From: a virus
Reading direction: 5' to 3' (one strand)
DNA: 64,000 bases
Virus record (IMG/VR): IMGVR_UViG_3300006141_000001
Below are positions 30,401 to 41,400 of this stretch, piece after piece (positions within the stretch are counted from its first letter, which is position 1; every line of letters starts with the position of its first letter). The position numbers and the translations under genes are program-made. Below the pieces are notes generated by a model. That model had not been told where the DNA came from and did not search any database. It worked only from the letters and a program-made list of their open reading frames with translations.

Positions 30401-32887
30401 GCATTGATTGGAGATGTTGATGCTATAAAGAACCAGGTGGATGGGAAGATTGACACCTGGTTTTTTGATTATGAGCCTTCTGATGATAAGGAGCCGACAA
30501 AAACATGGATCCAAAACAATGAAGAGGAAAGCCATAAAGGGGACTTATTTTATTGTACATCACAGGACAACCAGCATTCGTACCGTTATATCTATAACCA
30601 AAATACTGGAAAATATGAATGGATGCTTATTGTCGATTCTGACATCACAAGTGCATTGGAGTTGGCTTCAAAAGCAAAAGATACAGCCGACAATAAACGC
30701 AGGATTTTTGTGGTGCAACCGTCTCCTCCATATGATGAGGGGGATTTATGGGTGCAGGGGAAAGATGGGGATATCCTGCACTGCATAATCCCAAAATTAG
30801 ATATGGAGATTTTTTCACAATCAGACTGGGCAAAATCCAGCAAATATACAGATGACACAAAAGCCCAGGAAGCGTTGGTAAAAGCACAGGCAGCGATTGA
30901 CGATGCTGTAAAAGCAGTTACAACATCTAAAAATTATACGAATAATCAATGCAATAATCTCTCAAATAATCTAACAAACGCCTATAAGTCATATACTGAT
31001 AGCGAGGTATCTGCTTTGGACAAAGCTGTGTCTGGGTATTTGGGGATTGATGGGGGAACTCTTATTGGTGGTAGCTATATAATCTCTCCCTATATTGGAG
31101 GCGGATATCTTGACATTACTAATGATGATGGAGAAAAACGTGTGATTATAGACCCAAAAGGGTTAAGCAATACAGATTACATATTCCAGGTACATAACGG
31201 AAAAGAAATTTCTGTTGGTATAAAAGCTGATGGCAATGTTGAAATCAGAGGGACGATATATGCAAAAAACGGGGAATTTTCTGGGCAATTAAAATCACCT
31301 ACTGGACAGATTGGAGGATTTTATATAAACGAGAATTCTTTGTTCTGTAATAACCCGACTAGTGAAACAATAAAGATGTCAAGCTCAAATTATACAAAAG
31401 TGATAAATGGAAAGAGAATAGATAATCTCAGAATGTCTTTTGGAAATAATTTTGGGGTAACAGAAGAAGGCAAGCTGTATTGTGGGAATGCTGAAATTTC
31501 TGGAAAAGCGAATATAACCGGCGGATATATTGGTGGATGGACAATCAATTCTTCTTCTATTTTTTATGGATTTTTACATGACAACAAGCCTGGCTATATT
31601 GGGCTTTCAACATCTGATTTCACAAGGGTAATTAATGGAGAACAATTATCTGGCTTAAGGTTTGCGATAGCGGATAATTTTGCTGTGACAAAAGATGGGA
31701 AGTTATACGTGTCAGGAGGATCTATTGGAGGATTTAATATAAATAGTTCTTATTTATCTATCAACACAAGCAGTTTAGGCGGAAACAATAATAGCATTTA
31801 TATTGGAGAAAACGGGATAAGCTGTGGCACTGGTTTTGTCGTAACAAAAAATGGTTTCTGCAAAATAAAAGGAAATATTTCTTCTCATGGGTCATTTACG
31901 CTTGTAGGAGGCTTATGGGATTATTCTAAGCCATGGGAGCCAGTATTCACAGAAGATGGGAATGCAATAACAATGTATCCACGTCAGATTTCGTATACAA
32001 GCACTTCCTTGCCTCCTGGGAGGGCGGCAGTTAACCTTTATGTTGACAATGGGATAGAAACACCAGCTATATTTATAGGCACGAGATCTAAGCCTTTTAC
32101 TTTGCTTACTGAAAATGGGATGTTTAGGGAAGATGCTAACACAAATACTGGACTGTCCTGTTTTTTAAATTTTAAAAGTGATATCCTTGGTACACATGGG
32201 AACGTTGGAGTAGACGGATTTTTTGATGATGTCACCATTTCTGGCTCCATGAATCCAAAAAACACATCTTCTACAATCGGTCTGTCTAGCCGCCCATGGA
32301 ATTATCTCTATGTTAATAAGATACGGCTTGTGGACGCATCCCTAAATTGCGAATGGGCAGATGACAGCATCCATAATATATTGTCTGTAGAAAATAAGCT
32401 TGACATGTATTTAGGATGGAATGGCGTTGCAAATGGAAAGACTTACGATTCAAAATTGATACTTCGTGGGAATTCTATTCGGCTGAAAAATACATCAGGC
32501 ACAGTAGTCACATCAGATGAACGCCTTAAAAATTCATTTATGGGTATGGATAGGTATGAAGGGTTCTTTAATGATTTGGAACCATGTTTTTTCAAATACA
32601 ATAATGGCGCAAGCGGAAGATATCATAGCGGGTTTAAGGCACAGCAGGTATTGGAATCTTTGAAAAAGAATGGACTGACTTCAAATGACTTTGCAGGATT
32701 TGTAAAATATGAAGTATCTGAGGACAGTAGCGAATATAATGGGCTTGATGAAGAATATGGCCTAATTTATAGTGAGTTTACAGCATTAAATACCTATATG
32801 GTTCAAAAATTATGGAAAGAAAATAAAGAATTAAAAAAAAGAATAGAAAGGTTAGAAGGCATCTTGGAAGAACAAGGTGCCTTTTAA
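27476..32887 (+). CDS. large tail protein (tail tip/spike) with C-terminal peptidase S74 chaperone
   Basis: Follows TMP; PPYDEGDLW motif, GxIGGF repeats, SDERLK...GFKAQQV S74 motif. Confidence 0.8.
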   Translation: MAKIVLDKNNNVEMPRLILQNRNFDTIGLITDAHEFSYKENFNSANEIPQFVTYKYKNGKIHPLWDKIVDNKILYIPEFKERFEISVSTSENNLTQKTITCTSLCESELSNIKLYDIEINTETDILNPDYDEKFPTLFYRDPIDYPEKTEKEVKRASLLHRLLEKAPHYSIRYVQESLKKSEKVATFSISDTDIYSELTGEIAQEFGCIFIFDSLKREISVYDLYNTCGNNECKYRGDFSDKCPECGSTEFGGQYGDDTTIFISNENLSTEISLTTNKDSMKNCFFVEGGDDVMTSTIRAINPNGSQYIFMITEEMKNDMPSELVSVLNEYDELYKKYNETNEYSLTRNCVDNYNSVVDYVNERFPLIADGTKKDRYSNVDYVLVGYPATTKAMYEAVDLYGFVNDSMLPTVDTSALGIDDSMQAIIDGFMDGFGGDGESFSNEVALNNHMDAIVSIVENAIKNTAKVFYNSAYYTFELKRDSYTAPSPKDTTGIWTGKFILTSISERDENGDKIKRESGIVEITVSGNEALFLEQKIYRLMSNKDEVALYDITNIKMEESTFKTQLGYYSLSELTNLLNSFKACSELLYSTEITVDILSKDILEKYQNFYKTRESYIEDEIKKRQEMVNAIKLFYYFNPLTGECSGDLYEHRYRTNTILDFERFIKNKPNGLKLWNTFCSYRMEDKYSNSNYISDGLTDAEVVDKAQKLLEDARKELYKASHPQYTLSATMNNLLALEEFQPLKDYFSVGNWVRLKIDDNIFRLRLLSYQVDFDEIQSIDVEFSTVESIWSGESDIKSIMDSAENITKSYSGVVHQMDKSKGTTTYVQNWLTEGFNATLTKFVNDNDQDIVIDGHGILCRKFDDIFGNYSPYQLRVVKNGLYTTHDNWLTIDTGIGRISYIDPETGERVDDYGVIAKTIIGKLFIGEKLKIYGANNSVILDENGITLDGGTIKFTSKLSKDSVEGIDDFEKNIEALIGDVDAIKNQVDGKIDTWFFDYEPSDDKEPTKTWIQNNEEESHKGDLFYCTSQDNQHSYRYIYNQNTGKYEWMLIVDSDITSALELASKAKDTADNKRRIFVVQPSPPYDEGDLWVQGKDGDILHCIIPKLDMEIFSQSDWAKSSKYTDDTKAQEALVKAQAAIDDAVKAVTTSKNYTNNQCNNLSNNLTNAYKSYTDSEVSALDKAVSGYLGIDGGTLIGGSYIISPYIGGGYLDITNDDGEKRVIIDPKGLSNTDYIFQVHNGKEISVGIKADGNVEIRGTIYAKNGEFSGQLKSPTGQIGGFYINENSLFCNNPTSETIKMSSSNYTKVINGKRIDNLRMSFGNNFGVTEEGKLYCGNAEISGKANITGGYIGGWTINSSSIFYGFLHDNKPGYIGLSTSDFTRVINGEQLSGLRFAIADNFAVTKDGKLYVSGGSIGGFNINSSYLSINTSSLGGNNNSIYIGENGISCGTGFVVTKNGFCKIKGNISSHGSFTLVGGLWDYSKPWEPVFTEDGNAITMYPRQISYTSTSLPPGRAAVNLYVDNGIETPAIFIGTRSKPFTLLTENGMFREDANTNTGLSCFLNFKSDILGTHGNVGVDGFFDDVTISGSMNPKNTSSTIGLSSRPWNYLYVNKIRLVDASLNCEWADDSIHNILSVENKLDMYLGWNGVANGKTYDSKLILRGNSIRLKNTSGTVVTSDERLKNSFMGMDRYEGFFNDLEPCFFKYNNGASGRYHSGFKAQQVLESLKKNGLTSNDFAGFVKYEVSEDSSEYNGLDEEYGLIYSEFTALNTYMVQKLWKENKELKKRIERLEGILEEQGAF

Positions 32888-32898
32888 ATGGTGATAAT

Positions 32899-33276
32899 AT
32901 GGAATTAACTGGGTTACAGGTTATAAATATTTTTAATGCTTTGGAGAATTTATCTGAAAAAGAATTTGACTTAGACACAACCTGCAATATTGTAAAAAAC
33001 AGCAAAGAGTTATCTATTGCAAAAAAAGTGATTGATGACAGAAGGGACAGGCTATTGGCAGAATATGCAGAAAAAGATGAAGATGGCAACATAAAACAGG
33101 AAGAAAATGGGATGATCCATATAACTAATATCAATGTATTCCAGGAAGAATGCAATAAATTCCTTTTTGCAAAAACAGATGTGGATATTATTAAAATTAG
33201 GAAAGGGTCATTGGCTGACGTAAAGATATCCCCTAAAGACTATCATATTTTAGAAGAAATTCTTTCAGAGGATTAA
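32899..33276 (+). CDS. phage tail-module protein
   Basis: Position in tail operon; L.EYAEKDEDG motif. Confidence 0.6.
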   Translation: MELTGLQVINIFNALENLSEKEFDLDTTCNIVKNSKELSIAKKVIDDRRDRLLAEYAEKDEDGNIKQEENGMIHITNINVFQEECNKFLFAKTDVDIIKIRKGSLADVKISPKDYHILEEILSED

Positions 33277-33280
33277 AGCC

Positions 33281-34090
33281 ATGTATTGCACTAATTTTGA
33301 ATATGCTGGGGAGAAACTTTCGGATTATGGCATGATTGTATGCTCGTTTGGGGGCAAGGGGCTTGAAACTGTCTCATCTGGGGCAGACATAACATTCACC
33401 CAGGCCTCCCCATCAATGTCCAACCATTTCAACCTATATTCGTCTAATTATGAAGAGCCATTTTCATGCACTTTTCAGATATGCAAGGATCCGAAGCTTG
33501 TGCATTCTGCTGATGAAATGGCAATTTCAATACGTGAAATGTCTGCCGTCCAGCGATGGCTGTGCAGGAAAAATAGGTATTTTAAGTTCAAAATATTCCA
33601 GGAAGGATATGAGCATGTCTACTGGAATGCCACTTTTTCTGCAAAGCAGATAAATGTTGGAGGAGTGCCCATCGGATTAGAAGTTGAGATGCATACGGAT
33701 TCTCCATATGCTTACATGGATGACATTGTAATTGAAAAGGAAAGTGTTGACTTCCTAACTTTCGATATTTACGATCCATCCGATGAAGTAGGGGATATCC
33801 GCCTTAACCTAGAGATTGAGTTCCTTGAGAATGGAAAATTCAATCTTATAAATATGACTACTGGGAAAATAACAGTAATAGACGGATGTGAATATGGGGA
33901 GAAAATAATAATTGACGGAAAGAACTGCATTATAACAACATCTTCTTCTGAACATCTTTTGTCAAATAATTTCAATTATGTTTTTCCAACAATCACAAAT
34001 TCTTATGAAGACAATAAAACAACATTTATGTGCAATATGCCATGCAAAATAAAACTATCCTACTCTCCTATTCGGAAAGTTGGATTATAA
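33281..34090 (+). CDS. distal tail (Dit)-like protein
   Basis: FEYAG..LSDYG N-terminus, DSPYAY motif, size and position. Confidence 0.65.
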   Translation: MYCTNFEYAGEKLSDYGMIVCSFGGKGLETVSSGADITFTQASPSMSNHFNLYSSNYEEPFSCTFQICKDPKLVHSADEMAISIREMSAVQRWLCRKNRYFKFKIFQEGYEHVYWNATFSAKQINVGGVPIGLEVEMHTDSPYAYMDDIVIEKESVDFLTFDIYDPSDEVGDIRLNLEIEFLENGKFNLINMTTGKITVIDGCEYGEKIIIDGKNCIITTSSSEHLLSNNFNYVFPTITNSYEDNKTTFMCNMPCKIKLSYSPIRKVGL

Positions 34091-34110
34091 AATATTAGGA
34101 AGGAGGCACT

Positions 34111-37100
34111 ATGGGATTAGAAACAATACAAAAAATAACTTTAGATTTTACTGTCCCCCGCATTAAAAATGTACGCTGTATTGAGGATGACAGTAATTCT
34201 AGGACAATAAAAATCAATATCACGAATAATGGTGAGGCGTATCCATTGGATAGCGGATCTATGGATGTAAAATATAAGATACATAAGCCAGACCATACTT
34301 ACATATATAATGCCGTACCCATAGACAATGATGGAGGTGTCACAATAAAGCTTCCAGACCAGGCAATGGCCGTTCCTGGCATATCAAAATCGGAGCTGCA
34401 GGTATCTGAGTCTAAAAACGGGAAAATCATTTCTACAATGCCGTTCAATATCATCGTTGAGAAATCTGTATTGACAAGTCAAGATATCATATCTAAAAGC
34501 GAGTCAGATGTATTTGGCAATATTATCGAACATATCACAGATCATAATAATCCACATAAAGTAACGGCAGAACAGTTAAATATCCATATTGCTACTGAAA
34601 CGGATCCAGGGCTTGTCAAGTCTGGGACTGATATTGAAGTAGATGTTTTTGGCAATGTAAGTGTAAAAGATTATTCTCATCTTCATTATGTCAACAATAT
34701 AAAAGACTTATCTGCTACTTCAACTGAATTAAATTACTCTGTTGGTGTTACAAGCGGGATACAGGATCAGATTGACAGCAAGGCAGATATAGACAGCCCA
34801 GTCTTAATAGGAATACCAAAGGCTCCGACACCTCCTCCAGGCACAGAAACTGAACAGATTGCAACGACAGAATTTGTCCAAGATGTAAAAAACAGTTTAG
34901 ATACAGATATTAGCGGAAAAGTTGATAAGGTTGATGGAAAAGGGCTTTCCACAAATGACTATACAGATACAGATAAAAACAAATTAGATGGAATTGAATC
35001 TGGTGCAGAAGTAAACGTAAAATCTGACTGGAATGAAACAGACCAGTCATCTGATTCATATATTGAAAATAAACCAAAAATACCGTCAAAGCCAGAGGAT
35101 GTCGGGGCAGCCCCTTCCACCCATGCGCATCCAAATGCAACAATAACTGATCCTGGCTTCATGTCCTCATCTGACAAAGAAAAACTTGACGGGATTGAAG
35201 CTGGCGCAAATAAATATATCCACCCTTCTACCCATCCTGCGTCAATGATTTCACAAGATTCAACACACAGATTCGTCACGGATAACGAAAAAACTGCTTG
35301 GAATAAAACTTATGAGCAGTCAACAAAATATATTGATGGGAAAATTGCAGATTTGATTGGGACTGCGGATGAGGCAATGAACACATTAGGCGAATTATCT
35401 GATGCTATCAAGAAAAATGGGGACACTGTAAAGGCCATCAATGATGCGATCGGCAAGAAGGCAAACCAATCTGAACTGGATACTCATGTCAATAACAGCA
35501 CTATCCATGTAACTGCAACGGATAAAGAGAATTGGAATAAGGATATTGCAGAGCGTGAAATTACATTTGCCCCAGCAACAACAAGGACTAATATTTCTAC
35601 AGGAGATAAATTAAAGACCATATTAGGGAAAATCGCAAAATGGTTTTCTGATTTAAAGACAGTTGCATTTACTGGGAGTTATAATGACCTGAAAGATAAG
35701 CCTTCGATCCCACCCGAATATACGCATCCAACATATACAGGTAAGACAAGTGGACTGTATAAAATTGCAGTAGACGGCACTGGACATGTAAGCGCAACGA
35801 CCGCAGTGAAAAAATCAGATATTACGGCACTTGGAATCCCAGGAACTGATACAGATACCACATATGATGAAGCAACCAGTTCAAAATCTGGACTTATGAG
35901 TGCTGCGGATAAAGCTAAAATTGATGGGATTGCTACAGGTGCGAATAAATATGTGCATCCAAATTATACAAGCAAAGTAAATGGACTGTACAAGATTACT
36001 GTCGATGGTAGTGGTCATGTAAGCGAAACATCGCTCGCAAAAAAAACAGATATTACAGCACTTGGAATCCCTTCTACAGATACCACTTATTCTACTGGTA
36101 CTGCCAGTACAGGTGGAATAACAAAATTATACGGCAATACTGGTTCTAATACAGACGGCACTATGACTCAAAGAGCTATTACAGACGAACTGAAGAATAA
36201 GGCTTCCAGCAATCATACACATTCTTATAATGACCTAACAGATAAGCCTTCCATCCCTTCTGCGTACGTGCATCCAACCACAAGTGGGCATAAACATATC
36301 CCATCTGGTGGGACTTCTGGGCAGATTTTGCGCTGGGCTGCGGATGGCACTGCCACATGGGGAACAGATAACGATACGACCTATGGCGTTGCAACTGCAA
36401 ATAATGCTGGACTTATGAGCGCGGCAGATAAGGCGAAATTAGATACCATTGCATCTGGCGCAACTTCTGATTCTTATACGCACCCTGCTTATACCAGTCG
36501 GACTTCTGGGCTTTATAAAATTACTGTTGATGGGACTGGGCATGTAAGTAATACATCATCTGTAACAAAAAATGACATTACAGCTCTTGGAATCTCTGAT
36601 AACAGTCATACTCATAATAATTATCTTCCATTGTCTGGCGGGACTATGACGGGATCTATAATTCTAAATAGAGATGGGACAAATCCCACAGCATCAATTA
36701 TTCAAAAGCAGGCCAATACTTCACATTGCACCGATTTAGCAATGTGGGATGATGGGCTTAATGGAAGCAATAAATATCTTCCGGGCATAAACAGATTTAA
36801 CAAGGGTGGAGATGGTACAGGTTCTATTACATTACTACCATACGCAACAAATGCTACTCCATATAATGGGAATGTGGGCTTGTATATTGGAAAAAATATT
36901 TTGAAGCTGGATGGTGAAAATATTCCTACACAAGATTATTTGGATGCGCATTATGTTGCTGATTATATTTCTGCACACCAAGACACATTCCCTTCAAAAG
37001 GGTGGTATAGGATTGCATTGTATTCAGCATCAGGATATACTGTTGGTACAGCAAACGCTTATGCAGAACTTTCCTGTGATATAACAATAAAGCGTTCATG

Positions 37101-39450
37101 GCACAATTCATCTCCTGATTTCCATTGTTTGCAGTTGTTAGTCTCTAATAATTCAACCAAATTTGTATCTATTGCCCATAAAAACACAAATGCGTTTACA
37201 AAGATGCGCCTTACGCTTGCTAATGGAAAAGTATATATTGAAGCGTATTATAATTTAGACACATTCAATAGGGCATATTATTCAATTGACAAAGCCAAGG
37301 GCTTAGACTCTAGCAAATGGACAGCAATAGCCTTAGAAGCCGTAGGAGATACATATAGCGGGATGACTGTTCTTGCTTCGATAGATTTTCCAGATGATTT
37401 TGATTTAGGGAATCCTGTTGGGTTAGAAAAATTCCACACATACTATCTACAATCTTCTACTGCTAATTTAGACACTGACTTAAAGAATTTTTATGATAAT
37501 CTGACAGATGAAAATTTTGTCGTTTATATGGATGCTGGGGCAACATATAGAGTCGATGGTTATAAAAAGGGACAATATGGGGTTCTGAGGAAATGTGTGT
37601 ATGTGTCAAAAGACAATGCAGTTGTAACAGAACAATGTGCCTGTATAAATGGCATATGGGGTGATTGGCACAAAGAATATACAGAGGCGTATAAGCCTAC
37701 ATCTGATGAAATTGGAGCTGCCGCTGCAGACGGGAGTAATGTCAATGGCATGTGGAGAAATTTGTCCTCTGGCACAGTTTATGGCGAATACACACAAAAT
37801 GGCGGTTCCCAGCCTCCTGCATATATACCAAAAAACCGCGTTAAATTCAATATGATGCGCCAATTCAAGGGATTGGCAGATATATCAAACGCTTATATGG
37901 ACTGTATGCTAATGGATTGCTATGAAGGTAATGATGTGCCATATGTGACGGGGTTTGGCATGGCAAAAGCAGGAGGTATTCCAAGAGCATTCATTGCTGT
38001 TGGGTCAAAAGGAAACACTACCACATGGGGTTCCCAGGCTGAATTGATTACGACTGCTAATTACCAGGATTATTTGACTGGCGGGGGAAGTTCAGAAAGT
38101 GATTGGATAATTAATTCAGATGCAACAAAAAATGAAATGGACAGTACAGATACATATAAGCCTGGAATTTATGAATTAGCTGATATGGATACAGGATTTT
38201 CTGGAGTAGGTGGTTGGGGAACAGTTTTACAGATGCCAAGCAGTGCTGCAAGTACTGGGGATAATTCCATGTTCAGAACTCAAATGTATTTTGATAGTCT
38301 TAATGGTAGCTTATTCTATAGGACTTATACTACAAATAGTACAGAAAATCCGAATGGCTGGCATAGAATCTTAACGAATAATGATTTATCTAGTTTGAGT
38401 GAGGGAAGCAACTTAATAGGAGAAACTACGAATAATTATACTATTTTAGGAAGTAATTGTAGAAATAATGGGAACAACGTAAGTTCGGTGGCTATAGGTG
38501 TAAATTCATATTTTTCAGGAAATAACTCAATCGCGATAGGGTCTACTTGTAGTTCAGGGATAAATTCGATTGCAATTGGGGGGCAATGTTATGCCAGCAC
38601 CTTCAGTAATTCCGTAGCATTGGGATATTATGTTAAAAGTTCTAATAGTTCTGTTGTAATAGGAAGTAATTCAACTGCTACTAATGCTAGTGGATCTGTA
38701 GTCATTGGGAAAGACTCTTTGATAAGGGCAAATTCAAATTATTCAGTTGCAATAGGATATAATGCAATAGTTAGTTCCAGTAATTCCGTAGCTATTGGTT
38801 TTCATTCATTCGTAGGTAGTTCATCTCCCTGGTCAACAGCAATTGGATATAATACAAAAGTTACTCATAAATACTCTACCGCTATCGGATATAACGCTGT
38901 TTCGTCTGGAAATAACTGCATTCAACTTGGAGACTCTACGGTTTCCTCTCTTCAATGCAAAGTTTCATTGACAATCACATCAGATGAACGCGATAAAATT
39001 GATATTGAGCCAATTAATAAAAGTGCCGTTAAATTTTTAAACCACATTGAAGCATTTACGTATCAGTCGAATCAACGTATTCTATATATTGATGAAGAGG
39101 AAAACTTATCAGAAAAAGATAAAGAAAATAAAGCTAAATATGGTATATGTACTTATGATAAAGTGGAACATTCCAAAGGAACTAAAAAGGGTTCCAGACG
39201 AAGGACGGGTGTTTCTGCTCAAAAAGTGCAACAAGCGTTGGAAGAAGTATACGGCACATCGTCATATGCAAATTTAGTGAATGATAACTTATTTGATTAT
39301 GATAAGGATGATATTCCAGAAGATGTGGAAAGCCAGTTGTCTGTAAATTACGAAGGATTTATTCCATTTTTGATTAAAGCAATACAGGAATTGAACCAAG
39401 AAATTGTTGGTTTGAAATCAGAAATTGACTCACTGAAGGGGAATGAATAA
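34111..39450 (+). CDS. baseplate upper (BppU-like) / tail fibre with repeats, Hep/Hag-like beta-roll and S74 chaperone
   Basis: N-terminal DxNSR/KPD BppU motif; GLMSAADKAKLD and GLYKITVDGTGHVS repeats; SVAIG repeats; SDERDK S74 motif. Confidence 0.82.
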   Translation: MGLETIQKITLDFTVPRIKNVRCIEDDSNSRTIKINITNNGEAYPLDSGSMDVKYKIHKPDHTYIYNAVPIDNDGGVTIKLPDQAMAVPGISKSELQVSESKNGKIISTMPFNIIVEKSVLTSQDIISKSESDVFGNIIEHITDHNNPHKVTAEQLNIHIATETDPGLVKSGTDIEVDVFGNVSVKDYSHLHYVNNIKDLSATSTELNYSVGVTSGIQDQIDSKADIDSPVLIGIPKAPTPPPGTETEQIATTEFVQDVKNSLDTDISGKVDKVDGKGLSTNDYTDTDKNKLDGIESGAEVNVKSDWNETDQSSDSYIENKPKIPSKPEDVGAAPSTHAHPNATITDPGFMSSSDKEKLDGIEAGANKYIHPSTHPASMISQDSTHRFVTDNEKTAWNKTYEQSTKYIDGKIADLIGTADEAMNTLGELSDAIKKNGDTVKAINDAIGKKANQSELDTHVNNSTIHVTATDKENWNKDIAEREITFAPATTRTNISTGDKLKTILGKIAKWFSDLKTVAFTGSYNDLKDKPSIPPEYTHPTYTGKTSGLYKIAVDGTGHVSATTAVKKSDITALGIPGTDTDTTYDEATSSKSGLMSAADKAKIDGIATGANKYVHPNYTSKVNGLYKITVDGSGHVSETSLAKKTDITALGIPSTDTTYSTGTASTGGITKLYGNTGSNTDGTMTQRAITDELKNKASSNHTHSYNDLTDKPSIPSAYVHPTTSGHKHIPSGGTSGQILRWAADGTATWGTDNDTTYGVATANNAGLMSAADKAKLDTIASGATSDSYTHPAYTSRTSGLYKITVDGTGHVSNTSSVTKNDITALGISDNSHTHNNYLPLSGGTMTGSIILNRDGTNPTASIIQKQANTSHCTDLAMWDDGLNGSNKYLPGINRFNKGGDGTGSITLLPYATNATPYNGNVGLYIGKNILKLDGENIPTQDYLDAHYVADYISAHQDTFPSKGWYRIALYSASGYTVGTANAYAELSCDITIKRSWHNSSPDFHCLQLLVSNNSTKFVSIAHKNTNAFTKMRLTLANGKVYIEAYYNLDTFNRAYYSIDKAKGLDSSKWTAIALEAVGDTYSGMTVLASIDFPDDFDLGNPVGLEKFHTYYLQSSTANLDTDLKNFYDNLTDENFVVYMDAGATYRVDGYKKGQYGVLRKCVYVSKDNAVVTEQCACINGIWGDWHKEYTEAYKPTSDEIGAAAADGSNVNGMWRNLSSGTVYGEYTQNGGSQPPAYIPKNRVKFNMMRQFKGLADISNAYMDCMLMDCYEGNDVPYVTGFGMAKAGGIPRAFIAVGSKGNTTTWGSQAELITTANYQDYLTGGGSSESDWIINSDATKNEMDSTDTYKPGIYELADMDTGFSGVGGWGTVLQMPSSAASTGDNSMFRTQMYFDSLNGSLFYRTYTTNSTENPNGWHRILTNNDLSSLSEGSNLIGETTNNYTILGSNCRNNGNNVSSVAIGVNSYFSGNNSIAIGSTCSSGINSIAIGGQCYASTFSNSVALGYYVKSSNSSVVIGSNSTATNASGSVVIGKDSLIRANSNYSVAIGYNAIVSSSNSVAIGFHSFVGSSSPWSTAIGYNTKVTHKYSTAIGYNAVSSGNNCIQLGDSTVSSLQCKVSLTITSDERDKIDIEPINKSAVKFLNHIEAFTYQSNQRILYIDEEENLSEKDKENKAKYGICTYDKVEHSKGTKKGSRRRTGVSAQKVQQALEEVYGTSSYANLVNDNLFDYDKDDIPEDVESQLSVNYEGFIPFLIKAIQELNQEIVGLKSEIDSLKGNE

Positions 39451-39886
39451 GTAATAAATTAGGAATCCTAGTACCAAAATTACTAGGGTTCCTAGTAAAT
39501 AATTTAGAGGTAAAGATATGTATAACATTGAAGACGCAATACACTCAGAAAACGAGTTGCAACATAATGAAAATTCTTTTTATGACATTTTTGAATAATA
39601 TATAGATGAGGAAATAATAGAATATAAGCGCATGGGAGGAATACCTATTATAGAATAATTACCTTTACATAAAAACAGGAGCAAACGTTTAAGGTAGGAA
39701 AATGGTTTACTCCTGTCTTAGTTAGGGATGAGCAAAAGCATGGAAATGAGAATTAAAAACACTCTTGTCAGCCTTGAAAAGGGTGAAATCGTTTTGTCAT
39801 CATAAATTATAAACAAAAACGGAACTTGAAACGTTGGTGTCATAGATGTTGGTGCTTTCTTTCAATTTAAAATTATAGTAGAAGGA

Positions 39887-40075
39887 ATGAGAAAAATGAA
39901 ATATATTTTAAAAGAAAACCTGCAGCCAATTGTACATGGGTTTACAAATGATGATTATGAATCGGATTATGGTTTATTACGCGGTCATTTGGTGGATGTT
40001 GCTGAGAGGGATTTGGATCAGGAAAATTGCTATGTTAATATTTGCAATAAAAATTTAGGTGAAGCAAGTTTTTAA
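39887..40075 (+). CDS. hypothetical protein
   Basis: 62-aa ORF followed by a terminator. Confidence 0.4.
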   Translation: MRKMKYILKENLQPIVHGFTNDDYESDYGLLRGHLVDVAERDLDQENCYVNICNKNLGEASF

Positions 40076-40081
40076 TAATTT

Positions 40082-40119
40082 GGGCATATCGGATGAAAAA
40101 TCTGGTATGCCCATTTTTT
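40082..40119 (+). terminator. intrinsic terminator
   Basis: GGGCATATCGGAT / ATCTGGTATGCCC + T7. Confidence 0.7.
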
Positions 40120-40203
40120 TACGATTTTGTTTGACAATGCTTATTCTGTCTGTAATAATAAATATAAAGCCTATAATAAATAGATAGAAATGGGAGGAAA
40201 AAT

Positions 40204-41400
40204 ATGAGATGCTTGAAAGGTACTATATTGTTTGTATTAACCATTGTAAGTTGCATTTTTTTATTTAAAAGTGACGCCAAAGCAGCAGATGCAAGTTTTT
40301 TCAAAGAATATTCTGGCGATTACTGCGTATATAAAGAATATCATTTTACTTTAAAATACAAATGTAAAATGACAATTTACATGGAATGTGAAGAGTCCGA
40401 AGACGATGGATATTATGATGGATTGTTGATAACTATATATGATAATGATGAAAATTATAAGTTTGGGAAACAGATGTTTTCATCTGGTATTTTTCAGAAG
40501 ACAATCACTCTGATGCCTGGGAAATATACACTGGACATTGAAAGTGACGGTGCATATTATCTCATATTGGACGGAGAATACTGTCCTGAGTTATCACAAA
40601 AAAATATAACTTTGCAAGAAGGAAAATCCAAAACATTAAAAGTGAGTCCCCATACAAAAAAGATTAGATGGTCTAGTTCAAATAAATCAATTGTGACGGT
40701 TAATGGAAAAGGTGTTGTAAAAGCAAAGAAAGCTGGGAAAGCAATTATTACAGCTAAATGTGCTGGGTACACATTAAAATGTAAGGTTATTGTAGAAAAG
40801 AAACCAGTATCATATAAAGATATTTCGAAAAAAATGAAAGATTTTGCAAGGAGAAACAATGGGTTCAAATTTAAAAATGTAGACGTTGGAAGAATTTGTA
40901 GGGTTTATGCAGGTTCTTTAGGAGATATAGATAATTCAAAAGTTGATAGCGAGTTATATTCTATGTATGCAATTTTATGGCCATATATAGAATTAGTAAA
41001 AAAAAGTAATAGTAAAACTGAGATACGTATAAAAATATATGGCGAATTATTTGAAAGGGCATTATATGATAGCACTTCATTACATTGTTGTTCAATAAAT
41101 ACACGTACTTCTAATAGAATGATGGATTTTTCGATGACGCATACATATGGGAAGAATTTTTACAATTATGCAGAAGGATACTATGAAGGAAAAATGAAGG
41201 GGTATTCAACAGTGTTTACATCGTCAAAAGTAGATTCATCAAAACTAAAGAAATTTGAAACCATGTTAGGGCAAAATTCATTATCTATGAGGATCGTAAG
41301 TTCAGATGGAGCTTATTATCAAATCTCGATACCCTATGATGCAAGAAGTAATTGGAAGAAATTAGTAAAAGAGTATCGGCTGTTATTGAAACAATTTTAG
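40204..41400 (+). CDS. secreted protein with bacterial Ig-like (Big_2) domain
   Basis: Signal peptide ending AKA; WSSSNKSIVTVNGKGVVKAKKAGKAIITA Big_2 motif. Confidence 0.8.
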   Translation: MRCLKGTILFVLTIVSCIFLFKSDAKAADASFFKEYSGDYCVYKEYHFTLKYKCKMTIYMECEESEDDGYYDGLLITIYDNDENYKFGKQMFSSGIFQKTITLMPGKYTLDIESDGAYYLILDGEYCPELSQKNITLQEGKSKTLKVSPHTKKIRWSSSNKSIVTVNGKGVVKAKKAGKAIITAKCAGYTLKCKVIVEKKPVSYKDISKKMKDFARRNNGFKFKNVDVGRICRVYAGSLGDIDNSKVDSELYSMYAILWPYIELVKKSNSKTEIRIKIYGELFERALYDSTSLHCCSINTRTSNRMMDFSMTHTYGKNFYNYAEGYYEGKMKGYSTVFTSSKVDSSKLKKFETMLGQNSLSMRIVSSDGAYYQISIPYDARSNWKKLVKEYRLLLKQF

